A stretch of DNA of 64,000 nt from assembly GCA_963781885.1 (NCBI GenBank), contig CAWAHW010000002.1, forward strand, positions 768,001 through 832,000, read 5' to 3'. Shown in pieces: positions 56,090-64,000 of this stretch (position 1 is its first letter; each line of letters starts with the position of its first letter). The translations under genes and the position numbers were made by a program. A model generated the notes under the pieces. It saw only the letters and a program-made list of their open reading frames with translations. It searched no databases and was not told where the DNA came from. The stretch comes from an uncultured Spirochaetota bacterium (GTDB lineage Bacteria; Spirochaetota; Spirochaetia; SZUA-6; Fen-1364).

Positions 56090-57031
56090 ATGAAAAGGTT
56101 CCTGTTTTCCCTGCTTGTCATTCTTTTCGCTGTCGGCACTGGCGCCGCGGCTGCGGAAAAGGTGCGTCTGGCAATCGGATACATCCCGCACGTCCAGTTC
56201 ACGCCGCTGTACGTCGGCATCGACAAGGGATTCTACCGCGACGAGGGGATCGACCTGGAGTTGAGCTTCGGTTTCCAGTACGACGTCTTCTCGCTCCTGG
56301 CCGCGGGCAAGATCGACATCGGGCTGTCGGACTCGGACCAGCTCATCCTCTCCGGCGCCAAGAACATGGGCCTGAGCGCGATCTTCCAGTACTACCAGAA
56401 GTATCCCGTGGCAATCGTCGCAAAGGCCGATGCCGTGAAGGTCCCGGGCGACCTGAAGGGAAAGATCATCGGCACGCCGGAGATGTCGGGAAGCTCCTAC
56501 ATCGGTCTGGAGCTCTTCCTGCGCAAGTACGGCCTGACGGACAGCGTCCAGGTGGAAAAGATCGGCTATACCCAGGAGGCAACGCTCCTCAGCGGCAAGG
56601 CGGATGCCGTTGTCTGCTTCTCCAACAACGAGCCCGTGGTCTTCCGATCCGAAGGGGTCGCCATCCGCCAGTGGAATGTGAATGACTTCAGCGACATGGT
56701 GGGCGCGTCCTTCATCAGCTCGAAGGCGATCGTCGCCGCGCGGGGGGATGTGATTGCCCGTTTCGTGCGGGCGACGCAGAAGGCCATGGCATATACCATG
56801 GATCACCGCGACGAGGCGGCGCAGATCGCGCTTCGCAACGTGGGCAACGTGAAGAAGGAGGACGAGCCGCTTTTCCGACAGCGTCTGGACGCCACGTGCG
56901 AGCTTTTCCCCAGTGCCCATGGATACGGCTACCTGGACCAGGAGCGGTACGCGCGCTCAATCGCCGAGCTTGCCTCCCTGGGGCTCATTCCCGCAGTGTT
57001 CCCGGCGCGGGACATCCTGCAGCAATTCTAG
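56090..57031 (+). CDS. ABC substrate-binding protein, NMT1/THI5-like (RibY-like)
   Basis: Signal peptide, GYIPHVQFTPLYVG and DLKGKIIG; downstream of an FMN riboswitch. Confidence 0.85.
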   Translation: MKRFLFSLLVILFAVGTGAAAAEKVRLAIGYIPHVQFTPLYVGIDKGFYRDEGIDLELSFGFQYDVFSLLAAGKIDIGLSDSDQLILSGAKNMGLSAIFQYYQKYPVAIVAKADAVKVPGDLKGKIIGTPEMSGSSYIGLELFLRKYGLTDSVQVEKIGYTQEATLLSGKADAVVCFSNNEPVVFRSEGVAIRQWNVNDFSDMVGASFISSKAIVAARGDVIARFVRATQKAMAYTMDHRDEAAQIALRNVGNVKKEDEPLFRQRLDATCELFPSAHGYGYLDQERYARSIAELASLGLIPAVFPARDILQQF

Positions 57032-57075
57032 CGCCGTCCGTGCCTACGGGCGGGCCGTGCCGGGGCGGCCCTCGC

Positions 57076-57425
57076 CTACAGCCGCGCGCCCATCCTGTTT
57101 CCCGATTCATAGGCCCGAAGGCCGAGGCGGAAGGTCCCCCAGGCGACAAGCGCGACGACTGCATCGGCGCCGACGAGGACCAGGAGCCGGAGCGGATCGA
57201 ACGACTTCCAGAGCGCCATGGGGATGTAGGCGATCAGCGCGGCCGGGATAAGCGTGTGCAGAAGGATTGTCGCGGGCCCCTGGAATATGGAGCCAGGACG
57301 ACCGCGTTCACGGTCCGATAATGGGGGGCGAAGAAATCCCGCAGCAGCCCGGTCCGGCCGGCGGCATTCTTCTTACGCGCGACAAAAGTTTTCCGCAGGT
57401 TTGTGACGGTGAGGACTGTTTCCAT
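57076..57425 (-). pseudogene. Remnant of an ABC-2 operon: ATPase N-terminus joined to a permease C-terminus
   Basis: METVLTVTNLRKTF...VNAV stops before Walker A. From ~57298 another frame reads PGSIFQG...LIPAALIAYIP...GLRAYESGNRMGARL-stop. Confidence 0.7.
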
Positions 57426-57549
57426 GGCACATTCTATCGAAGCTCGACATTTTGGAAAAGAGCGGAGGCATGAGTGCCGTGGAGCCCGCGGGAGCGGACG
57501 GCGTCCGCAAGCGGCCGGTGGCGCGCGGGGCGGCGCGCGGAATCCGGCC

Positions 57550-58140
57550 TTATGCGGCGCGCCCGCGGAGCTTTGCGGCTGCCAGGGCAACGACGCTGAG
57601 CAGGCCCCACCCCGCGGCGATCTTCAACGCATCCCCGACGATGAAGGGAACAAGGCCGAGGGAGATTGCCTTGCTCATGCCGGTGAATGCCCCGAGCCAC
57701 ACGACGCCCGGGACATAGGTCGCGAGGTCGCCGACGACAAGCGCCAGGAGCCTTCCCGGCCACTTCACGCAGAGCCCGCGCTCGGCGAACAGCCCGACGA
57801 TGAAAGCGCACAGAGCGAAGCCCAGCAGGTAGCCTCCCGTGGGACCGAGAAGGTGCGCAATACCCGACGTGCCGCCGGAAAAGAAGGGAAGACCGATGCT
57901 GCCTTCGGCAACGTAGGCCACGACCGACAGGGCTCCCCGGCCGCTGCCGAGCAGACAGCCCGCCAGAAGTATTGCGAACGTCTGGAGCGTCACGGGCACC
58001 GGCGTGAAGGGCAGGGGAATGGCGACCTGGGAACAAAGAGCGATCAAAAGGGAGAATCCGGCGATGAGCGACGCATCGTAGAGCACGGCGATGCTGCGGC
58101 GCGTCGGCCGGATGAGGTCAACGTAGACCGAAGAGCTCAT
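57550..58140 (-). CDS. bioY: Biotin transporter BioY
   Basis: PFTPVPVTLQT, GLPFFSGG, GPTGGYLLGF and PFIVGD. GGAGG RBS. Confidence 0.93.
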   Translation of the reverse strand: MSSSVYVDLIRPTRRSIAVLYDASLIAGFSLLIALCSQVAIPLPFTPVPVTLQTFAILLAGCLLGSGRGALSVVAYVAEGSIGLPFFSGGTSGIAHLLGPTGGYLLGFALCAFIVGLFAERGLCVKWPGRLLALVVGDLATYVPGVVWLGAFTGMSKAISLGLVPFIVGDALKIAAGWGLLSVVALAAAKLRGRAA

Positions 58141-58288
58141 TCTGTACCTCCACACAAAGTGACGGAAGGATAGCGGGAAAAATGGGGCCTTTTCAAGGCC
58201 GATGCGCGCCGCAGCCTTCTTCCGCGGGCGCGTCGTATTGACAATCCCGGAAGGCCGGGCGATCATCCCATCCTGAACTGGGATTAAA

Positions 58289-59743
58289 ATGGCCGAAAAG
58301 AACCTCACACTGAGGCTCGCGAGAACGGAGCGTGCCGGGTATTTTTCTCTTCGCCCCGTCCGACCCGGCGAGCTGCCCTCGCTCATGAACAAACATATCC
58401 TGAGCGGCTGCCTGGGAGCGATCTGGGCCAACCTCATCACGGGCATCATCTACATCTACTTCGGGAATGCCATCGGCATGACCCAGCTCGAGTGGGGCAT
58501 CCTGGGCGGCGTCAGCTCCTGGGTCGTGGCCGCGCAAGTATTCGGTGCGGTCCTGGGCGAGCGGGTGAAATCGCGGAAGGTCGTCTGGTTCTGGTTCGCC
58601 ATCGCCGACCGGGTCGTACGGCTCATCGGCATTGCCTTCGCGTATATGATCTGGCGCGCGGGAAACCATGCCGGCTATCTCGTCTTCATGATGGCAATCT
58701 GCGTCGGGACGCTGATAGGGACAGTCGCCAACGGCCCGTGGTACGGCTGGCTTGCCACCATCATCCCGCAGCAGGTGCAGGGCACGTTCTGGGGACGTCG
58801 GGACAGCCGTATCGCGCTGGCGACGGTCGTCGTGCTGCTGCCTTCGGGTCTCCTCATGGACCTGATCCCGGAGGCGGGAAAGCTCGATGCCGCCTTCGCC
58901 ATCCTTGTGGCCGCCAGCTTCATCGGCTTCACGGACCTGATCATCCACGGTACCATCCCCGAGCCGCCGCACGAGACCAGCCCCGCGCGCGGGTCGCTCT
59001 CGAACATCATGAATCCATTGCGCGACACGCGCTTCCGACCGTGGCTGGTTTTCACCGCTTCCTGGAACTTCGCCATGTCCCTTGCCGGGGCGCTGTGCAC
59101 CCTGTACTTCATGCAAAACCTGGGCTTCAACAACGACCTGCTGGGCGGCATGATCGCCATCAACGGGGTCGGGTTGGTCGGCACGCTCCTCGGCGCGCGC
59201 CGCGTGGGGCGCATGGTCGACCGTCTCGGCATCAAGCGGATGCTCATGCTGGGGTACCTGTTCTGGTCGACCCTGCCGTTGATCTGGCTGCTGGCGACGC
59301 CGCGGACGGCCATCCTGTGGGTGGGCCTCGCGAGCCTCGTGGGCGGTGTGTTCCCCGCGGCGGCGAACAACGCAGGCATCAAGCTGGTAACGAGGTTTCG
59401 CCGGCCGGAAGAGAGCTCCATGTACATGGCCGTGTCCACGACCGTCGGGGGCATCGCGGGCGGATTCGGCTCGATTGCCGCGGGATTGTTCGTGAGCGCG
59501 ATGGGGAGCCGCTCCTTCGGCGTATTCGGTCTCGTCGTCAGCGCTTTCCCCCTCCTTTTCATCATCTCCTCGGCGCTCCGTTTCACGACTTGTTTCCTCA
59601 TCATTCCGCGCATCCGGGTCATGGAGAGACCGGTCGAGGAGAACAGGCCCTTCCTCCTGCCTCTCTTCTTCGAGGCGGTGCCGGGCATCAGCAGGATCAT
59701 GCGGGGAAGCGGCCGGCAAAATGCCGCCAGGAGCGGCCGGTGA
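58289..59743 (+). CDS. MFS transporter
   Basis: About 12 TM segments and the GRMVDRLGIKR motif A. Confidence 0.85.
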   Translation: MAEKNLTLRLARTERAGYFSLRPVRPGELPSLMNKHILSGCLGAIWANLITGIIYIYFGNAIGMTQLEWGILGGVSSWVVAAQVFGAVLGERVKSRKVVWFWFAIADRVVRLIGIAFAYMIWRAGNHAGYLVFMMAICVGTLIGTVANGPWYGWLATIIPQQVQGTFWGRRDSRIALATVVVLLPSGLLMDLIPEAGKLDAAFAILVAASFIGFTDLIIHGTIPEPPHETSPARGSLSNIMNPLRDTRFRPWLVFTASWNFAMSLAGALCTLYFMQNLGFNNDLLGGMIAINGVGLVGTLLGARRVGRMVDRLGIKRMLMLGYLFWSTLPLIWLLATPRTAILWVGLASLVGGVFPAAANNAGIKLVTRFRRPEESSMYMAVSTTVGGIAGGFGSIAAGLFVSAMGSRSFGVFGLVVSAFPLLFIISSALRFTTCFLIIPRIRVMERPVEENRPFLLPLFFEAVPGISRIMRGSGRQNAARSGR

Positions 59744-59944
59744 GCGCGAGGGAGAGGCCGCGCAGGCCGGGGAAAAAAGGGACGCGGCGGCGGTCCCTGT
59801 GACGAAAGGCAAGTCACCGCAGAAGGCAGCGGGCAAGACATCGGTTGTCAGGCGCAAAGGCAAGACGGACAAGTTGCCACCGGCATCGGCCGGTCGGTCC
59901 GAGGGCTCCAGGGATCCGAAGCGCCGGCGGTGAGCCCGCCGGCC

Positions 59945-61243
59945 TTACTCTCGTGTATAGGGTTTTCCGTCCGCGGCGGGCGGCAGCACTTTTCCTACCA
60001 GTCCTGCCACGGCAAGTATCGTGGCGAGATAAGGGAACATCGTCAGGAATGACGACGGTATGGGGACATTCAGGATTGAGAGCGCGAACTGCAGCGCGTC
60101 CGTGAATCCGAAGAGGAGCGCCGCGCCTAGCGCCCCCAGCGGGCGCCATCTGCCGAATATCATGGCGGCAAGGGCGATGTAGCCCAACCCCGAGGTCATG
60201 TTCGGCGCGAACTGCCCGGTCGATCCGATGGTGAATGACGCGCCGCCGATGCCGGCGACGATGCCGCCGAGGATGACGTTGCGGTAGCGGACCCGTTGCA
60301 CGTTGATGCCGACCGTGTCGGCGGCGCGGGGATGCTCGCCGACGGCGCGCACCCGCAGGCCCCAGCGCGTGCGGAAAAGCGCCACTTGCACGGCGACGAG
60401 GATGGCGATCGTCAGGTAGACGAAGATGTTCTGGTTGAAGATCAGCGGCCCGACGACGGGAATCCGGTCCAGCAGCGGCAGAGGGATGGGGGAGAACACG
60501 GCGGGGCTGTTCAACGTGTCCTGGTGGGGCGCGAGGAGGCTCTGCAGGAAGAAGCTCGTGAGACCGAGCGCGAACGCGTCCAGCACGACGCCCACGATGA
60601 TCTGGTCCGCGGCATAGGTGATCGTGAACACGGCGAGCACGAGCCCCACAAGCGCGCCCGCCGTGGCGCCGGCAATGAGACCAAGGTACAGATTGTGGCT
60701 TGCGCTTCCGACCAGGGCCCCGAGGAAAGCCGAGACGAGGAACTGGCCTTCTATGGCGATGTTGATGACCCCGGCACGCTCGCACAGGAGACCGGAAAGG
60801 GCACCGAGGGTGAGCGGCACGGCCTCGATGAGCGACGTCATCAGGAGGCCCTCGACGTCGACCGTCGCGCCCCTGCCCGACCAGGCGAGAAATGCCACGC
60901 CCGTCAGGGCGAGCCCAATGCCCAGCAGGAGGTATATCCGCTTGTTCCCTTTCCAGAGGATCTGCAGCACGCCCAGGAGCGCACAGACGATGCCCAGCCC
61001 CAACAGCACGGGAAGAGCGCGGAAGGGCAGGGGCGGCAAGGAGGGCGCGGGAGGCGCGGAGAACTGAAATGTCGTGCGCGCATCCGGAGTGGTTCCGCGC
61101 GCAAAAAGGAGAAGGATGATGGCCGCCAGCACGAAGAGGGCGATGCCGAACCCGCGCCGTCGCGCCGCCGCCACGTCCCGGCGCAACTCGCCCTGCTGGC
61201 TTGCCGGATCGCTGCGCGCTCCTCCGTTCACCGTATCGCTCAT
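59945..61243 (-). CDS. Nucleoside/sugar ABC transporter permease (NupC-like)
   Basis: ERAGVINIAIEG, GLRVRAVGEHP and GYIALAAMIFGRW. Confidence 0.9.
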   Translation of the reverse strand: MSDTVNGGARSDPASQQGELRRDVAAARRRGFGIALFVLAAIILLLFARGTTPDARTTFQFSAPPAPSLPPLPFRALPVLLGLGIVCALLGVLQILWKGNKRIYLLLGIGLALTGVAFLAWSGRGATVDVEGLLMTSLIEAVPLTLGALSGLLCERAGVINIAIEGQFLVSAFLGALVGSASHNLYLGLIAGATAGALVGLVLAVFTITYAADQIIVGVVLDAFALGLTSFFLQSLLAPHQDTLNSPAVFSPIPLPLLDRIPVVGPLIFNQNIFVYLTIAILVAVQVALFRTRWGLRVRAVGEHPRAADTVGINVQRVRYRNVILGGIVAGIGGASFTIGSTGQFAPNMTSGLGYIALAAMIFGRWRPLGALGAALLFGFTDALQFALSILNVPIPSSFLTMFPYLATILAVAGLVGKVLPPAADGKPYTRE

Positions 61244-62505
61244 CCTGCCCACCCTCCAAACACGCGGCCGCCGGCTCGCGTGAGCCTGATTCGATAGATG
61301 GTGCGGATGACGCCCGGAGCAGCCACGAAGAGCACCAGCACGGCCTGCAGCACCTGCACGAGCTGCAGGGGAATGCTCGTGTTCACCTGCATCGTACGGC
61401 CGCCCGCGGTGAATGCCCCGAACAGAAGCGCCGAAAGCCCCACTCCTAGGGGCGTGCCGCGGCCGAGTATCGCCACCGTGATGCCGTCAAAGCCGATGGT
61501 TCCGCTGTACAGCGGCGACAGGCGGAAGTCCACGCCGAGCACCATGAAGGCGCCGCCCAGCCCCACGAGCATGCCGGCAAGGGTCATGGCGATGGTGAAG
61601 TGCCGCTCGATCTGCACGCCGGCAACGCGCGCCGCCTCGCGATTGGCGCCCAGCATCCGGAACCTGAACCCCAGTGTGCTGCGGTTCAGGAGCCAGCCGA
61701 CTCCCAGGACAAGGAGCACGGCCAGGACGATGCCCAGGTTGACGCGCAGCGATGATCCCGTGATGGACGGAAGCCGCGCGGCGGCGACAACGATCTTGGA
61801 GATGGCCTGGTTGCGGGGCGGCGCCTGCACCAAGCCGGTGGTCAGGAGCCACGTGAGGAGGTTCATGCCGACGTAGTTGAGCATCATCGAGGTGATCACC
61901 TCGTGCGCTCCTGTTCGCGCCTTGAGCACGCCGGGGATGAATCCCCAGGCCGCGCCGAAGGCCGCGCCCCCGAGGATCGCAAGCGGAAGATGAAGGACCG
62001 CGGGAAGGGAGGGGAAGGAGAAGCCGACGATGGTCGCGCCGATCGCTCCCAGCACGAGCTGGCCCTGGCCGCCGATGTCGAAAAGTCCCGCGCGAAACGC
62101 CAGCGCGATGCCGAGGCCTGCCATCATCAGCGGGGTCGTTGACACGAGGGTTTCCGAAAGGGGGATGAAGGCGGCGACGACGGCCGTTGCGTTCCCGGAC
62201 CGCAGCGCCTCCACGATGCCGCGCGGGCTGCCGATGGAGCCCAGGAAAAGCGAGCTGTATGCATTGGCAATGGCCATCCAGCTCTGGAGGAAGGCCTGGC
62301 CGGGCGCGTGCCCGAACTCATGCCAGGCGCGTGTTGCCGCCGGCGTGGCCAGGATGATGATGAGCCCTCCGACGACCAGCGCGCTCACGAACGCGAGGAA
62401 TGTCACCGTGAAGGTGTTGCCGCTCACGATGAAATCGAGTGCCCGGCGGAGAGACGGGCGGCGCGGGTCCTTTCCCGTCGCTGCAGACGTTGCATTCCCG
62501 CTCAT
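61240..62505 (-). CDS. Nucleoside/sugar ABC transporter permease (NupB-like)
   Basis: AFRAGLFDIGGQGQ, HEVITSMMLNY and GFDGITVAILG. Confidence 0.9.
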   Translation of the reverse strand: MSGNATSAATGKDPRRPSLRRALDFIVSGNTFTVTFLAFVSALVVGGLIIILATPAATRAWHEFGHAPGQAFLQSWMAIANAYSSLFLGSIGSPRGIVEALRSGNATAVVAAFIPLSETLVSTTPLMMAGLGIALAFRAGLFDIGGQGQLVLGAIGATIVGFSFPSLPAVLHLPLAILGGAAFGAAWGFIPGVLKARTGAHEVITSMMLNYVGMNLLTWLLTTGLVQAPPRNQAISKIVVAAARLPSITGSSLRVNLGIVLAVLLVLGVGWLLNRSTLGFRFRMLGANREAARVAGVQIERHFTIAMTLAGMLVGLGGAFMVLGVDFRLSPLYSGTIGFDGITVAILGRGTPLGVGLSALLFGAFTAGGRTMQVNTSIPLQLVQVLQAVLVLFVAAPGVIRTIYRIRLTRAGGRVFGGWAG

Positions 62506-64000
62506 GCGGTCTCCCCCCCGTGTGTCGCCGGCCCGCTTCCCGCCATCAAAAGCCCGATCTGCTCGCGGCTCAGGCTGGCTGCCTCGAACGGGCCGGTCAG
62601 GCGGCCGCGGTACATGACGACGATGCGGTCCGCCAGGGCCATCACCTCGTCCAGCTCGGATGAGATGAGGAGCACCGCCACCCCTGCATCGCGCGCCGCC
62701 ACCAGCCGGTTGTGCACGTATTCGATGGAGCCGATGTCCAGACCCCGGGTCGGCTGCGCGGCGAGGATGAGACGGATGTCCCGCGGCAGCTCGCGCGCGA
62801 CGATCACCTTCTGCTGGTTGCCGCCGGAGAGCGTCTTCACCGGCGCATGCACGGACTGCGCGCGGATGTCGAAGTCTTTCAGCCTTTCCTTTGCGACGCC
62901 GAAGATCGATTGCCAGCGGAGAGCGCCCCCGCGCGAATACGGGACCTCGTCGTGCACGTCCAGGACGATGTTTTCCGCGATCTCGAAATCCCCCACGAGG
63001 CCGTCACGCTGACGGTCCTCGGGGATGTTCGCCACGCCCGCACGCAAAATGGCCTTGGGCGATGCCCCCGTCAGGTCGCGGCCGGCAATGCGGACCGATC
63101 CGCCGATGACCAGCGCAAGGCCGGTAATGCCCTCCGAGAGCTCGGTCTGGCCGTTTCCCTGGACACCCGCCACGGCCACGATCTCCCCGGCCCGCACCTC
63201 GAGGTTGAGCCCGTCGACGGCGATGCGCCCGGACTTGTCGAGGACGGTCAGGTTGTGCACCTGCAGGATCGGCTCCCGGGGGTGCGCCACGCCTTTTTTC
63301 ACCTGAAGGTCGACGCCGCGGCCGACCATCATCGAGGCGAGGTCCTGCTCCGTGGTCTGTGCGGGGGTCGTCGTTCCGATCACCCTGCCCTGGCGGATCA
63401 CGGTGATGCGGTCCGCGATGGCAAGGACCTCCTTCAGCTTGTGCGTGATGAAGAGGATGGTGCGGCCCGACACGCGAAGGCTTCGCATGACGGCGAAAAG
63501 CTCGTCGGTTTCCTGGGGCGTGAGAACCGCGGTCGGCTCGTCGAGGATCAGGAGGTGCGCCTCCCGCGCCAGCGCCTTCACGATTTCCACGCGCTGCTGC
63601 TGCCCGACGGAAAGCTCCCCCACCACGGCATCGGGATTCACCTCGAGGCCGAAGCGCCGCGACAGCTCGGCGATCTCCTGGCGCGCGCGCCTTTGATCCA
63701 GGAACCCCAGGCGGCTTGTCCGTTCGAATCCGAGCATGACGTTTTCGGAAACGGTGAAGACGGGGATCAGCATGAAGTTCTGGTGCACCATGCCGATGCC
63801 GGCCTTGATGGCCTCCCCGGGATTGGCGAAATGAACGGGCGCGCCGTCGATCAGGATGACACCGTCGTCCGGCCGGTACAGCCCGTCGAGCACGTTCATC
63901 AGGGTGGTTTTGCCCGCCCCATTTTCGCCGAGGAGGGCATGAATTTCGCCCTCCTCGGCTGTGAGACTGATGCGGTCGTTGGCCACAAGGTCTCCAAACC
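62502..64000 (-). CDS. Nucleoside/sugar ABC transporter ATP-binding protein (NupA-like); 5' end outside the window
   Basis: GENGAGKT, LSVGQQQR and LSGGNQQK; the frame is open to the window edge. Confidence 0.92.
   Translation of the reverse strand, partial: FGDLVANDRISLTAEEGEIHALLGENGAGKTTLMNVLDGLYRPDDGVILIDGAPVHFANPGEAIKAGIGMVHQNFMLIPVFTVSENVMLGFERTSRLGFLDQRRARQEIAELSRRFGLEVNPDAVVGELSVGQQQRVEIVKALAREAHLLILDEPTAVLTPQETDELFAVMRSLRVSGRTILFITHKLKEVLAIADRITVIRQGRVIGTTTPAQTTEQDLASMMVGRGVDLQVKKGVAHPREPILQVHNLTVLDKSGRIAVDGLNLEVRAGEIVAVAGVQGNGQTELSEGITGLALVIGGSVRIAGRDLTGASPKAILRAGVANIPEDRQRDGLVGDFEIAENIVLDVHDEVPYSRGGALRWQSIFGVAKERLKDFDIRAQSVHAPVKTLSGGNQQKVIVARELPRDIRLILAAQPTRGLDIGSIEYVHNRLVAARDAGVAVLLISSELDEVMALADRIVVMYRGRLTGPFEAASLSREQIGLLMAGSGPATHGGETA

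Overview
This 64-kb, high-GC window looks like a Spirochaetia genome, based on a P83/100-family protein and a short AlaRS lacking the C-Ala domain. It is mostly housekeeping, transport and metabolic genes: dinB start, a TolC/MacAB-type exporter, hisB, alaS, pbpC, clpB, bshC-bshB1, tdh-kbl, nifJ, glycosidases, an FMN-riboswitch-controlled ABC importer, bioY and a nucleoside-type ABC importer. About ten single-base frameshifts look like long-read errors. The most notable structure is a two-tier mobile system. A ~120-bp non-coding MITE occurs three times (7866-8873, 31560-31680, 45980-47582), each copy flanked by its own 9-bp target duplication (8/9 in one copy). An IS110-family (IS1111-type) element sits at the same AGA core in the terminal arm of two of the three copies. 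The IS 3' non-coding region folds into two internal loops whose unpaired strands match the MITE arm and the IS circle junction, consistent with a bridge/seek RNA programmed against another mobile element. The third MITE copy is an empty predicted target. Smaller signals include REP-like repeats, a 20-bp gene-end duplication, an ABC-2 operon deletion scar and many apparently leaderless genes. All calls come from reading the sequence by eye; no searches were run.
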